A DNA stretch of 64,000 nucleotides, from contig CP070702.1 in the NCBI GenBank assembly GCA_020349905.1, positions 2,423,176-2,487,175 of the forward strand, read 5' to 3'. The position numbers and the translations under genes are program-made. The notes under the pieces were generated by a model that searched no databases, was not told the DNA's origin, and saw only the letters and a list, made by a program, of their open reading frames with translations. Of this stretch, positions 19,692-30,068 are shown in pieces. The stretch is from Candidatus Eiseniibacteriota bacterium (GTDB taxonomy: Bacteria > Eisenbacteria > RBG-16-71-46 > JAFGJU01). Within the stretch, counting starts at the first letter, position 1, and every line of letters begins with the position of its first letter.

Positions 19692-20939
19692 CTAAGTATT
19701 CATTGATTCCAAGAACTTCTTGTTCGTCTTGGTCTGATTCATCTTGTCAACCAGGAACTCCATGGCCTCGACAGAATTGAGCTCGTTCAAGAACTTCCGC
19801 AGAATCCACACTTTGTTCAGAACGTCCTGGGGAAGCAGGAGCTCCTCGTGCCTGGTGCTGGATTTGTTGATGTCTATGGCGGGAAATGTCCTTCTGTCGC
19901 TCAGCCGCCTGTCCAGAACCAGCTCCATGTTGCCCGTGCCCTTGAATTCTTCGAAAATCACCTCGTCCATCCGGCTTCCGGTCTCGATGAGAGCCGTGGC
20001 TATGATGGTCAGGCTTCCTCCCTCTTCTATGTTGCGGGCGGCCCCGAAGAACCTCTTCGGCTTCTGAAGGGCGTTGGCGTCAACACCGCCTGACAGAATC
20101 CTTCCGCTGTGCGGAACCACCGTGTTGTGGGCCCTGGCGAGCCTGGTTATGCTGTCCAGAAGTATGACGACGTCTCTTTGATGTTCCACGAGACGTTTTG
20201 CCTTTTCCAGGACCATCTCCGCCACCTGTACGTGGCGCTCCGCAGGCTCGTCGAACGTCGAGCTTACGACCTCTCCCTTCACCGAGCGCTCCATGTCGGT
20301 GACTTCCTCCGGCCGCTCGTCTATGAGCAGCACGATGAGCACCACTTCCGGATGGTTCTCGGTCATACTGTTTGCCAGCTTCTGAAGGAGTATCGTCTTC
20401 CCCGCCTTCGGAGGCGAGACGATGAGTCCCCTCTGCCCCTTCCCGATGGGAGACAGAAGGTCCATTATGCGAGTCGAGATGTCCCGGTCTTTGTTCTCGA
20501 GTCTCAGCCGTTCCTGCGGGTACAGGGGTGTCAGGTTGTCGAAAAGTATCTTCTCCTTGGCCAGCTCCGGGCTCTCGAAATTGACGGCCTCGACGCGCAG
20601 CAGGGCGAAGTAACGTTCCCCGTCCTTGGGGGGCCTGACCTGCCCGGAGACCGTGTCCCCGGTTCGCAGATCGAACCTTTTTATCTGTGAAGGCGACACG
20701 TAGATGTCGTCGGGCCCGGGCAGATAGTTGTAGTCCGGGGACCTGAGGAAACCGTAACCTTCTGAAAGAATCTCGAGCACCCCTTCGGCAAAAATCAGGC
20801 CGTTCTTCTGGGTCTGAGCCTCCAGAATCTTGAACATCAGTTCCTGTTTGCGCATCCCGCTGGCCCCGGAGATGTTGAGTTCCTGGGCCACCTGGACGAG
20901 CTCAGAGACCGTCTTTCCCTTCATTTCAGCGATTCCCAT
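19692..20939 (-). CDS. rho: Transcription termination factor Rho
   Basis: N-terminal RNA-binding domain ([14 protein letters not shown]), Walker [16 protein letters not shown], and the Q/R loops. 415 aa. Confidence 0.95.
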   Translation of the reverse strand: MGIAEMKGKTVSELVQVAQELNISGASGMRKQELMFKILEAQTQKNGLIFAEGVLEILSEGYGFLRSPDYNYLPGPDDIYVSPSQIKRFDLRTGDTVSGQVRPPKDGERYFALLRVEAVNFESPELAKEKILFDNLTPLYPQERLRLENKDRDISTRIMDLLSPIGKGQRGLIVSPPKAGKTILLQKLANSMTENHPEVVLIVLLIDERPEEVTDMERSVKGEVVSSTFDEPAERHVQVAEMVLEKAKRLVEHQRDVVILLDSITRLARAHNTVVPHSGRILSGGVDANALQKPKRFFGAARNIEEGGSLTIIATALIETGSRMDEVIFEEFKGTGNMELVLDRRLSDRRTFPAIDINKSSTRHEELLLPQDVLNKVWILRKFLNELNSVEAMEFLVDKMNQTKTNKKFLESMNT

Positions 20940-21320
20940 AGGTCACACTCCTCACTTTCGGACCACACAGAATGGGATCAACACCTTAAGAAGCTCACAT
21001 AATAAGCCTAAGAAGACAGCTCACGAAGGAAGACGCCTGTACTTGCGAAGGGCGTACTACTACATGAGGATTCACAGAACAAGGGGCTTAACCCTGCACA
21101 CATGAAGTAAGCAAAAATGATGCCACTCAAGAGAGAACACGACGAGGGCGTCAGACAAGAAGAAGGTCCGACCGGGTGGTCATCAGAACGTCTGGAATAA
21201 TGCTAGCGCAAGCGTCAAAACCTGTCAAGCCCGATTTTTCTCTCAGGCCGTCGCCGCGCTTCAAAATCGAAAGCGAGGGAGCTCCGAGGCCCCCCGACGG
21301 GAACCTCGCTTGAGCGGCCT

Positions 21321-22304
21321 TCAGGATTTGGTTTTTTCTCTCAGATTGCGACCGACCTCGTGCATCTTGTGGGATTTCCATTCTCCCAGCAGCTTCTTGA
21401 GCTTCGGACTCCCTGCCGTGCCCTCCGCCCTCCATTCCTTCACAAACTGTCCCGACCGAATCTCCGCCATGAGCTCCTTCATGGCGCGCTCCGTCTCTTT
21501 GCCCGCCACGCGACCACCTCTTGTCAGCATTCCGTGAAGCGCGGGGCTGCTTATACTCTCTGTCAGCCCGTCCAGTCCGGTCGTGCTGATGAGGTCCGCC
21601 GCGTCCTTGAGCTGGTTCACGCATTCCATGTAGGCCATCTCGGGGTCGCAACCCGCCCCCACCAGGACTTCGAACGCCCTCAGCAGCAGGTAACCTATTC
21701 CCCCGCAGAGCACGGCCTGCTCTCCGAACAGGTCGACTTCCGCCTCGTCCCTGAAGGTCGTCTCGAGTATGCCGGCCCGCGCACACCCCACGACGAGGGC
21801 GTACGCCAGGACTTTCCGCAACGAGCTTCCGCTGTAATCCTGCTGAACGGCCACGTAGCAAGGAAGGTGGCTGCCATCCAGATAGCGCTTCCTGAGAAGG
21901 CGGCCCGCTCCGAGCGGAGCAACCATCACGACGTCGACGTCCCGGCGCGGCTTAAGGATGCCGAAGTGAACGCTGAGCCCGTGGGCGAGACAGAGGGCGG
22001 CGGCTTCTTTCATGCGGGGAGCTATGAACCGGGTGAAGACCTCACCGTGTGATTCGTCGGGAACGAGGAGCGAGACCACGTCGGCCTCCTCCACTGCTTC
22101 CTCGACGCTCTTTACGCTCAGTCCTTCGCGGCGGGCCTCGGCGGCAGAAGTACTCCCCTTCCTCAAACCAACGACTACCCTCACCCCACTGTCGCGAAGG
22201 TTCAGTGATTGTGCCTGGCCCTGGCTACCGTAACCCACCACCGCAACGGTCTTTCCTTCCAAAAGAGACCTGTCACAGTCGGCCTCTCGGTAGAACCTGG
22301 CCAC
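21321..22304 (-). CDS. ilvC: Ketol-acid reductoisomerase
   Basis: VAVVGYGSQGQAQSLNLRDSGV NADP-binding motif and a class I length of 327 aa. Confidence 0.92.
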   Translation of the reverse strand: MARFYREADCDRSLLEGKTVAVVGYGSQGQAQSLNLRDSGVRVVVGLRKGSTSAAEARREGLSVKSVEEAVEEADVVSLLVPDESHGEVFTRFIAPRMKEAAALCLAHGLSVHFGILKPRRDVDVVMVAPLGAGRLLRKRYLDGSHLPCYVAVQQDYSGSSLRKVLAYALVVGCARAGILETTFRDEAEVDLFGEQAVLCGGIGYLLLRAFEVLVGAGCDPEMAYMECVNQLKDAADLISTTGLDGLTESISSPALHGMLTRGGRVAGKETERAMKELMAEIRSGQFVKEWRAEGTAGSPKLKKLLGEWKSHKMHEVGRNLREKTKS

Positions 22305-22308
22305 GAGA

Positions 22309-23529
22309 TTACCTTTCCTTGGGCAAGAAGCTCACTCTGTTCTCGGGGGGCGTCTTACCGTTCACGAAATAGACGCCGGTTCCCTTCGCCCAATAGAACC
22401 ATACTTCCACTATGCTTTCCGATTCCTCGTAGCTGTAGATCTCGTCAGGCTTGCCCAGCTCCGCCAGCAGCTTCATGACGTCACCCTCGTCACCGTATCT
22501 GGCCTTCACGGCCTCGAGGGATATCCAGCTGTCGATGTCCGTCATCCGCCTGCCTCTGTCCGGGTTGAGGGCCTTCGATATCACGAGCTCAGTTACGGCC
22601 AGCTCCTGCAGCTCAGCCCGCGCGTACGCCCTTCCCAGTATCTTGTGAAACTCTGGGACCCTCGGGTCGATGTCCACCGCACGTCTCAAGAGGTTCATGG
22701 CCTCGTCGAGATTATCCAGGGCAAGATTGGCGATGCCCATGTTGAAGATGACGTCGACCTCGTCCGGTTCCTGCTCCAGCACCCTCCCGTATAGTTCGAG
22801 GGCGTTCTCGTAGTCGGACCTGGCGAGAGCCTCGGTAGTTTCTGACGAGGCCTTCTGGAAGTAACAGATTCCGAGCTGGAATACGCAGTTGATCCTGTCT
22901 GGTTCCAGATTGAGAGCCTTCTGGTAAAACCTGATGGCCTCGGTGTAGTTGCCGGACTTGAAGTGGTTCTTCCCAATGTCTTCGTATATTCCGGCCAAAT
23001 TCCTCCTGGAGGTCTCGTCCGTGGGCTCGAGCGATGCGGCCTTCTCAAACAATTCCAGAGCCTTCTCGTGATCGCCCATCTGCGTGTAGCAGAAACCCAG
23101 GTTGGTGTAGGCACGCACGTCCTCAGGATCCAGGTCTATGGCCTTTTCGAACTCCCTTGCTGCCTCCTCGAAATTCTTGTCCTCCTGCGAGAGGCGCACG
23201 CCCTCGTTGAAGTGCTCGACCCAGTAGTGCTTTCTGTTGGAGTCCACGTCCTTCGCCAGCTTCGGGTCCAGCTCGAGAGCTCTGTCGAACTCCGCGCCCG
23301 CCTTCTTGGTCTCGCCGATCTCGGCGTATGCCATGGCTAACTTCAGATGTGCCAACCCGTTGTTGGGCTCCTGCTCCACCGCCGTCTCCAGCTCCCGGAC
23401 GGCCTTCTCGTAGTTCTGCTGGCTGAGATAGAGTATCCCGCCGGCCAGATGAGGGTTCTTGGCACAGCCACTGACGACCAGGGCTCCGACAACCATGACG
23501 GCCAGAAGAAACCTTAAAGCTACGCTCAT
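22309..23529 (-). CDS. TPR-repeat lipoprotein
   Basis: Signal peptide with lipobox (ALVVSGC) followed by repeated TPR units (A..Y......KA...FEKA..L.P). Confidence 0.8.
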   Translation of the reverse strand: MSVALRFLLAVMVVGALVVSGCAKNPHLAGGILYLSQQNYEKAVRELETAVEQEPNNGLAHLKLAMAYAEIGETKKAGAEFDRALELDPKLAKDVDSNRKHYWVEHFNEGVRLSQEDKNFEEAAREFEKAIDLDPEDVRAYTNLGFCYTQMGDHEKALELFEKAASLEPTDETSRRNLAGIYEDIGKNHFKSGNYTEAIRFYQKALNLEPDRINCVFQLGICYFQKASSETTEALARSDYENALELYGRVLEQEPDEVDVIFNMGIANLALDNLDEAMNLLRRAVDIDPRVPEFHKILGRAYARAELQELAVTELVISKALNPDRGRRMTDIDSWISLEAVKARYGDEGDVMKLLAELGKPDEIYSYEESESIVEVWFYWAKGTGVYFVNGKTPPENRVSFLPKER

Positions 23530-23609
23530 CGCTCCTCCCTCCGGATAGGGGTAAACCGACGCCGACGCCGTGAGGCATCTCTTAACTTGGTATAGATGTG
23601 AAGTTAGTT

Positions 23610-24335
23610 TCAGAGCATCTTGTTTCCGTTAATGATCAGTTCAAACGAACACGAAAGAAAACCGGCCGCTTTCCTGGAGACTATCATGCGGGAGAGAAAG
23701 ATCTCAAAATACTCCATTACCTGAGAGATCTTCGTGTCGATGGTAACCTCGAGCGAGATCAACTTCTTCTTCTCCAGCACCCTCAGGAACGAGTTCTTCG
23801 CCGCGAAGTTGACCCTGTCGTGAATGTCCAGCTGGATCATTCCGGTTCCGCGTACGCGCGTCCTGTGCACGTCACTCTTGTCCGCCAGGATTATCGCCGC
23901 GCTTATGTCGCTGACAGATTGTCCCTGTTCCTCATGGTGGTTGCCTATCGCGGCAATGACTTCCGCGACCTCCTCGATGTCCATACCCAGCCCCTTGAGT
24001 ACGTCGAAGGCTATGATGGCACCTGAATGTGCATGATACTCCCTGTTGACGACGTTTCCTATGTCGTGGAGATATCCCGCGATGGAGGCCAGTTCAGCCA
24101 TGCGATCCGGACGCCCCAGCCGTTTCAGGATGTTGGATGCGATGCTGGAAACAAGGTTGGCGTGCCTGTCGCCGTGCTCAGTGTATCCGATGACACCGAG
24201 CTGCTCGTCGGCCTTCTCTATGAACGCCCTCACAGTGGGGTCTGCTTTCACTTGCTCCAGGGTAACTGATCCTTCCAACCAAAACCTCACCTTTGGGAAA
24301 GTGTCGGCCGGGTGCGGAGACGTAGCGCGGGACAC
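23610..24335 (-). CDS. HD-domain phosphohydrolase
   Basis: H...HD signature (HGDRHANLV ... GYLHDIGN) with later His/Asp residues (NHHEE, ADKSD). Confidence 0.75.
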   Translation of the reverse strand: MSRATSPHPADTFPKVRFWLEGSVTLEQVKADPTVRAFIEKADEQLGVIGYTEHGDRHANLVSSIASNILKRLGRPDRMAELASIAGYLHDIGNVVNREYHAHSGAIIAFDVLKGLGMDIEEVAEVIAAIGNHHEEQGQSVSDISAAIILADKSDVHRTRVRGTGMIQLDIHDRVNFAAKNSFLRVLEKKKLISLEVTIDTKISQVMEYFEIFLSRMIVSRKAAGFLSCSFELIINGNKML

Positions 24336-24509
24336 ATCGTTTTAGCCTACACCGGGGGCGGCTGACTGTCAAGCCTGGAGAACTTCCGGTTATCGTACCA
24401 AGGCGACAATGCCAGGGTATAGTGCCAAAGGGAAAACGTCAGGATGTTGCGCCAACGGGGTAATGTACGGGTGTGGCGCCAAATCCAGAGTATCCGCCTC
24501 CAAACGGTC

Positions 24510-26585
24510 TCAGCCTCCCACCGGGTCGACGTCTACACTGATTGTGACACCCGCCACCTCGTGCCTGCCACCGAGTCGCTCGAGCAACTTCCTCGCCGCG
24601 TCCATCACTTCGGACCTCTCCTGCCCCCTCAGGCTGGCGTACCACCGAAACCGCCCTCTCGACCTCATTGGGACCGCGGGAGACGGCCCCAGGACCTGTA
24701 TTCTGCCGCCTCCCTCTGCCACGACACAGGCCGCGCCGGACCTTGCAGTCTCCACGACTCTGATGACTTCGGCCTCTTTCGGGCCGGCGATATGAAACGC
24801 AATCAGTGTGGAGAAGGGAGGGTAGCCGAGTTCCTGTCTCTGCTTGAGCTCCACTTCATAGAACAGGCCCGGCTCTCCGGCGCACACCGAGACGACGCTG
24901 TGGTGTTCTGGGTTCAGGGTCTGGACAACCAACTCCGCACCTGCGGCCTGAGCGAGCGAAGCGATCTCTGACAGGAGCTGAAACGCTCTCTCTCCTGAAC
25001 GGAAATCCGGTAAGTTGAGCTGAGACTCGGCGTGAAGCATTCCGGCCACTGCAAACCTACCCAGCTTCAGACCCTTCGTCACGAAGATGGTTCCGATGAG
25101 GACGTCGATGTCTCCGCCTGCGAATCGCTCTGCAACCCTCAGGGCCTCGGGCCTGCTGCGCGCGGAATCCAGGTCCACCCTCTCGATGCGGGCCCCCGGA
25201 AAGAGTTTCTCCAGGCTGGCCTGCACCTTCTGGACGCCCACCCCGCCGAAACGAAAATCGGTGCCGTGGCATTTCTTGCAGGACGAAGGCGCCCCGGTTC
25301 TACTGCCGCAGTGGTGGCAGAGAAGGCTCTTTTCCTGCGAGTGAAACACCAGCGGTAGCTCACAGGTGGAGCAGGTCTCGACCGCGCCGCAGTCCCTGCA
25401 CTGCACCCACGTGGAGAACCCTCGCCTGTTGAGGAATAGAAGAGCCCTGCTGCGTGTCTGGATGGACCCTCGAATGAGCGATATCAGGGACGAAGAGAAC
25501 TGGTCAGAATCTTGGGAGCGGTTGTCAACCTTGCGCATGTCCACAACGCTCACCGAAGGCATCGGCATAGGAAAGGGTGCTCCCCCGATAAGATGGAACT
25601 CGCCCCGTTTCACGGAAAGAACGCTTTCCACAGACGGCGTGGCGGAGGCCAGAAGAACGGGCACGCCCGCAAGCCTACCCCTCATCCCGGCCACGTCCCG
25701 TCCGTTGTAGCGCGGAGTTTCCTCCTGTTTGAAGGGCCTGGCGTGTTCGTCCTCGACCACAATGAGCTTCAGATTGGATACGGGCAGGAAGACCGCGGAG
25801 CGGGTTCCCACGAGGACCTTGAGCTCTCCCGCCCGGGCGCGCTCCCAGATTCTCTTTCTCTCGGAGATTCGAAGCCTGCTGTGGAACAGAGCCATCCTGC
25901 TGCCGAACCGCCTGCCCAGTACCTCCAGGAGCGAGCCGGAAGTGGAGATTTCCGGCACCAGGAACAACACTCCCCCTCCGTGGTTCAGGACTTCGGCGGC
26001 CAGCAGAGGATACATGTCTTCTCTCAGCTCGTCCGGCAGGTGCAGAAGGAAGACCTCTCCCGCGCCCCGCCGGGAGGCACCGAGCAGAAGCTCGAAGTGC
26101 TTGAGGAGCTCGGACTCCAGGTGATGGGGGGGCTGATCGCGGCGCACGCCCTCCCCGGGACGGTCGGGAACTCTGGGGACGCTCGCCTGTTCACGCGAAG
26201 GTCGCCAAGTCTTCTGGGCGTGTGCAGGATACCCCGCGGCCAGGACTTCTCCCCACGGACACATGTAGTGCTCGGCCACTTCTCTCGTGAGCCGCAGCAT
26301 CTGCGCGTCGAAGACCGGCTCGGGCCTCACGAGCGACTCCAGCGGCCTAACGCGAGGAAGGTCCTCTCTGGGTTCTGAGCCCACCACGATTCCGGAGAGC
26401 TTCCGCCTGCCCAGGAAAGCCGTGACCTGGCAGCCGGACAGCACTCGACCTTGGAGGTACTCCGGTACAACGTAAGTGAAGACATCACGGATGGGGATGG
26501 GGAAGGCAACTTGTACGTACTGCCGGTCACTCACTGGACACACTCTGGCCGGGGTTGGTAAGCGTACACGGTGGAAGGGCGTCAT
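24510..26585 (-). CDS. priA: Primosomal protein N' (replication restart helicase)
   Basis: N-terminal VAFPIPIRDVFTYVVP, DEAH-type box VEDEHARPFKQEE, and the Cys-rich Zn insertion CRDCG...CSTCE...CHHCG. Start placed at MTPFHR (26585). Confidence 0.88.
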   Translation of the reverse strand: MTPFHRVRLPTPARVCPVSDRQYVQVAFPIPIRDVFTYVVPEYLQGRVLSGCQVTAFLGRRKLSGIVVGSEPREDLPRVRPLESLVRPEPVFDAQMLRLTREVAEHYMCPWGEVLAAGYPAHAQKTWRPSREQASVPRVPDRPGEGVRRDQPPHHLESELLKHFELLLGASRRGAGEVFLLHLPDELREDMYPLLAAEVLNHGGGVLFLVPEISTSGSLLEVLGRRFGSRMALFHSRLRISERKRIWERARAGELKVLVGTRSAVFLPVSNLKLIVVEDEHARPFKQEETPRYNGRDVAGMRGRLAGVPVLLASATPSVESVLSVKRGEFHLIGGAPFPMPMPSVSVVDMRKVDNRSQDSDQFSSSLISLIRGSIQTRSRALLFLNRRGFSTWVQCRDCGAVETCSTCELPLVFHSQEKSLLCHHCGSRTGAPSSCKKCHGTDFRFGGVGVQKVQASLEKLFPGARIERVDLDSARSRPEALRVAERFAGGDIDVLIGTIFVTKGLKLGRFAVAGMLHAESQLNLPDFRSGERAFQLLSEIASLAQAAGAELVVQTLNPEHHSVVSVCAGEPGLFYEVELKQRQELGYPPFSTLIAFHIAGPKEAEVIRVVETARSGAACVVAEGGGRIQVLGPSPAVPMRSRGRFRWYASLRGQERSEVMDAARKLLERLGGRHEVAGVTISVDVDPVGG

Positions 26586-26917
26586 TTGGAGTCTATAGTG
26601 ACGTTCTCTGGATGGCAAGAAGCTTGTTGGAACATCGAGCGCTGGGAGGTAAAGGCCGTGCGAGCCTCCCGGACAGGGCAAAGTACTCGGCTCGCCCCGC
26701 GCTGCCTGAGGAGGAGAGTTTGCAGTTACGCTGTTACAAAGTGGGACGGTTTAGACGGAAGAACCCTGGCTGGTTCCCCGGGATGCCGGACAGAGGACTC
26801 TATATGGAATCCCTTCGGACCAGAAGTCCCGCGGTCTATGAGAAGTGCTGGGCCGGCTTTTCAGGCCAAACAGCTGCGGTCCCCCGGTGGGATTCGAACG
26901 CGTTGTCCCCTGCCCGG

Positions 26918-27313
26918 CTAACCAGCCGCGCGTTGGGCGCTCGGTTGACCAAGGATGAGCTTGATTCTCTCCACTAGCTTCCTGGGACTGAAGGGCTTCG
27001 TGATGTAATCGTCAGCCCCCACCTGGAATCCCATTTGCTGGTCAACGTTCCTTCCCTTCGCCGACAGAAGAATCACCGGTATGTGTTTTACCTCGGGGTC
27101 AGATTTCAGTATCCGGCACGTTTCGTATCCGTCCAGCTTGGGCATCATGATGTCCAGGACTATCAGGTCCGGATTCTCGCTCTTCACCTTGGCGAGCGCC
27201 TCCTCGCCGTCGAGAGCGGTCACGACCTCGTAGCCCTCCATGCCCAGACTGAAATCCAGGATGTGGACAATATAGACCTCATCGTCCACCACCAGGATCT
27301 TCCCCTTCGACAT
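26918..27313 (-). CDS. Single-domain response regulator (CheY-like receiver)
   Basis: KILVVDDE, phospho-acceptor context DLIVLDIMMP, conserved SAKG and KPF. 131 aa. Confidence 0.88.
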   Translation of the reverse strand: MSKGKILVVDDEVYIVHILDFSLGMEGYEVVTALDGEEALAKVKSENPDLIVLDIMMPKLDGYETCRILKSDPEVKHIPVILLSAKGRNVDQQMGFQVGADDYITKPFSPRKLVERIKLILGQPSAQRAAG

Positions 27314-27347
27314 AGTCTGAACCTCCTTTCGTGTAGTCTTTTGTATA

Positions 27348-30056
27348 TCAAATCTTTCTTAGCGAATTACGTTGACGCCCCCTCCCCGCCGGAGAGCAGA
27401 CTGTTCCAGAGAGTTTCTCGTCCGTAATCGCCTGAACGAGAGTATCCACGACCTCTTCGTCAAACTGCTTCCCGGCGCAGCGTTTCAACTCCTCGATGGC
27501 GTCGGCCTCTTCGAGGGGTACTCTGTAGGGTCGTCCGATTCGCATGGACTCGTAGGCGTCCACGACCGCCAGGATGCGAGAACCGAGCGGGATCTGATAG
27601 CCCCTCAGCCCCCTCGGATAGCCCGTCCCGTCTACTCTCTCGTGATGACACAGTATGAGCTCGTACACCTGTTCCATGAACTCTATGGGTCTGACGATCT
27701 CGATTCCCTCTTCGGGATGCCGCCTGAGGAGCTCCATCTCTTTCTCCCCGAAGCGACACGAACTCTCCACCAGCCGTCTGCCGATCCTCACCATTCCGAC
27801 GTCGTGGATGCTTGCTACGTACGCCATCACCCCGAGCTCCTCCCGACTCATCCCCATGCGCCTCGCGACTTCCACGGCGTAGTTGACGAACGCCCCAGAA
27901 CAGAGCTTCAACCGGTTTCGCCGCATGTTTGCTATCAGCGCCCTGAGAGCGTCCTTCGTTCCTTCTGCCACGTTTCTGGTGGCCTTGTAGGATTCCAGAT
28001 TCCTGCAGACGAGCCCTACCCTCTCGGCGAGGCAGGCGAGCAGAACAGAGTCGTCCGTCGTGAACGGGGCACAGGAGACCTTGTTGTTTATGTTGATAAC
28101 CCCTATGACCTCGTTGTCCCACATGATGGGAACGCTGAGCAGTGACTTGGTCTCGTACTGCGGATGGTTTACCTTGTCGAACCTTTCGTCCTCTTCGATG
28201 TTGCCTATGAGCAGCGGCTTGCCGTGTTTGGCCACCCAGCCCGAGATGCTCTCGCCCACCTTTATGGCCGTGTTCTTCACGACGTGGTCTTCCAGGCCCA
28301 GAGCCGCCTTTATGGTGAGCTCCTGAAGTTCGTCGTCCAGGAGCATGAGAGAGGCGGTCTTGGCGTTCATTACCTCGGCTATCATCTCTACGGTGAGCTT
28401 GGCGATGCTCTCTATGGTGCGGTCCTCGTTGTGCTCCACGTTCGCCAGGGCTCTTGTCTCCATGGCCTTCTGCGGGAACGTCACTACGAACTTGGAACCC
28501 TCCCCTTCCTCGCTCTCCACCTCGATCGTTCCGCCGTGCCATTCCACGATGCTCTTGCATATGGTCAGCCCCAACCCCGCGCCGCCGAACTGCCGCGCAG
28601 TGGAATTGTCAACCTGATAGAAGCGGTCGAATATCCTGTCCAGCTGTTCCCTGGGGATACCGACTCCCGTGTCCTCCACCTTCACCTTGACCGCGGGGCC
28701 CTGTTGGCAGACGCCCAGAGACACCTGGCCACCCTCGCAGGTGAACTTGACCGCGTTTCCAGCCAGGTTGATGATCACCTGCTTGACGAGGTCCCTGTCG
28801 GCCTCCAGCAGCACGGGCCTGGCAGGCAGGTCGACTTCCAGATTGATTTCCCTTCTTTCCGCCACCGAGCGAAGCACGTCCACCGCTTCTCGTATGACCT
28901 CGGCAGCGTCGAAGATTTCCTTTCTGATACGGAACGTGCCGGATTCCAGCTGCGAAAGATCCAGTATTGCGTCTATGAGCCGGGCAAGCCGGTCGGTTTC
29001 CCCGTCGATGATGTGGAGAAACTCGCGCTGCATGTCCTCGTTTCTGGCTCCCACGCTGTCGAGCAACGTTTCTACGTAGGCCTTGATTGACGTGAGCGGG
29101 GTTCTCAGCTCGTGTGACACCGTGGAGACGAAGTTGGTCTTCAGCTCGTTGAGCTCTCTCATTCTCTCCGCGGCCTCTTCAATACGCTTCGTGTGCTCTT
29201 CCAGTTCCTTGTAGAGCCTCGCGTTCTCCATTCCCGCGACGGCCTGGGCCCCGAAAATCTCCAGCATCTCGATGGTTTCCAGGGAAGGAATCATCCTGTC
29301 CGCCGGGTCGTCGACGGAGAGGTAGGCTATCAACTTATCTTCCCTGGTCACGAGCGGTACGAACAGCACGTCCTCTTCGTGCCATTCCCCTTCCTGCCTC
29401 GGCCCCAGGTTGGGCACGTACGAACCCTCGTCGTCCTTCTCGTCCCAGAAGCCATGCGTGTGGCTGATGAAGTAGGAGCGGCTAATTCGAAACTCCGGCT
29501 TGAGCCAGCTCCTGAATTCTTCCACGGGAACCGGGTAGTTCTCCAGCTTCCTTCTCGCGTCGACATCGAGGCCGGCGAAAGCCCTGGCGTCCAGGAGTCC
29601 TGTCTGCGGGTTGAGCACGCGCAGCAGCACGATCCTGAAGCCAAGGGTTTCCCTGACGGCCGACACCACGCCGTAGAGGACCGTATCCAGGTCGAGGTTC
29701 GAGTTTATCGAAGAAGCCACTTCCAGGATCTTCGTGAGCTTCTCTGCCCTCTTCTTGCTTCCCTCGAGCTGCACCTTGTAGAGGTCAGCCATTCTCTCCC
29801 GCGCCAGCTCCAGCTCGTCAGCCAGCCCGAGAAGCTTGAGGCACCTCTTCTCCAGGGTAGATTTTGCCCTGGAAAGCACCCCGTTCTTCGCCCGGAGCGC
29901 GACCACTCCCGCGGTGAGCACGACCACTGCCGGGACTGCAACCAGCCCGGCCATAGCCAGCCGTTCCAGCGAGGCTCCGTCCGTCACGAGGCCAAACAGG
30001 GTCGCTCTGGCCGAGGAAAGTTCCGACACAAGATTGACGGCCGTCTGTACATCCAT
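27348..30056 (-). CDS. Hybrid signalling protein: TM, GAF, HisKA, HATPase_c, GAF, HD-GYP
   Basis: H-box VSTVSHELRTPLTSIKAY. ATPase boxes NLAGNAVKFT, DTGVGIP and GAGLGLTICKSIV. A second GAF (ASLMLLDDE...SVPIMWDNEVIGVININN). HD-GYP motifs ASIHDVGM and HHERVDGTGYPRGL. Confidence 0.85.
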   Translation of the reverse strand: MDVQTAVNLVSELSSARATLFGLVTDGASLERLAMAGLVAVPAVVVLTAGVVALRAKNGVLSRAKSTLEKRCLKLLGLADELELARERMADLYKVQLEGSKKRAEKLTKILEVASSINSNLDLDTVLYGVVSAVRETLGFRIVLLRVLNPQTGLLDARAFAGLDVDARRKLENYPVPVEEFRSWLKPEFRISRSYFISHTHGFWDEKDDEGSYVPNLGPRQEGEWHEEDVLFVPLVTREDKLIAYLSVDDPADRMIPSLETIEMLEIFGAQAVAGMENARLYKELEEHTKRIEEAAERMRELNELKTNFVSTVSHELRTPLTSIKAYVETLLDSVGARNEDMQREFLHIIDGETDRLARLIDAILDLSQLESGTFRIRKEIFDAAEVIREAVDVLRSVAERREINLEVDLPARPVLLEADRDLVKQVIINLAGNAVKFTCEGGQVSLGVCQQGPAVKVKVEDTGVGIPREQLDRIFDRFYQVDNSTARQFGGAGLGLTICKSIVEWHGGTIEVESEEGEGSKFVVTFPQKAMETRALANVEHNEDRTIESIAKLTVEMIAEVMNAKTASLMLLDDELQELTIKAALGLEDHVVKNTAIKVGESISGWVAKHGKPLLIGNIEEDERFDKVNHPQYETKSLLSVPIMWDNEVIGVININNKVSCAPFTTDDSVLLACLAERVGLVCRNLESYKATRNVAEGTKDALRALIANMRRNRLKLCSGAFVNYAVEVARRMGMSREELGVMAYVASIHDVGMVRIGRRLVESSCRFGEKEMELLRRHPEEGIEIVRPIEFMEQVYELILCHHERVDGTGYPRGLRGYQIPLGSRILAVVDAYESMRIGRPYRVPLEEADAIEELKRCAGKQFDEEVVDTLVQAITDEKLSGTVCSPAGRGRQRNSLRKI

Positions 30057-30068
30057 CCCTTTACCTTC

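Noticed and set aside
21151-21861. 236-aa minus-strand ORF overlapping the 3' half of ilvC and the rho upstream region
   Set aside because: It is an alternative frame of ilvC with an Arg/Gly-rich translation. The 380-nt AT-richer stretch at 20940-21320 is more simply the rho leader and promoter.
26878-26905. tRNA-like string GGTGGGATTCGAACGCG, the reverse complement of a T-loop GTTCGAATCCCACC, just downstream of the REC gene. It could be a tRNA gene, tRNA-Sec, or an integration-site remnant.
   Set aside because: The minus-strand sequence cannot be folded into a cloverleaf. There is no complementary 5' T-stem, no acceptor partner and no anticodon arm, and the 5' part would overlap the REC coding end. 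No integrase or direct repeat lies nearby. It is most likely a chance match or a very old fragment.
27460-28560. 366-aa same-strand alternative-frame ORF inside the HK-HD-GYP gene
   Set aside because: The translation is extremely Arg/Gly-rich with no domain features. The overlapping frame carries all kinase and HD-GYP motifs.
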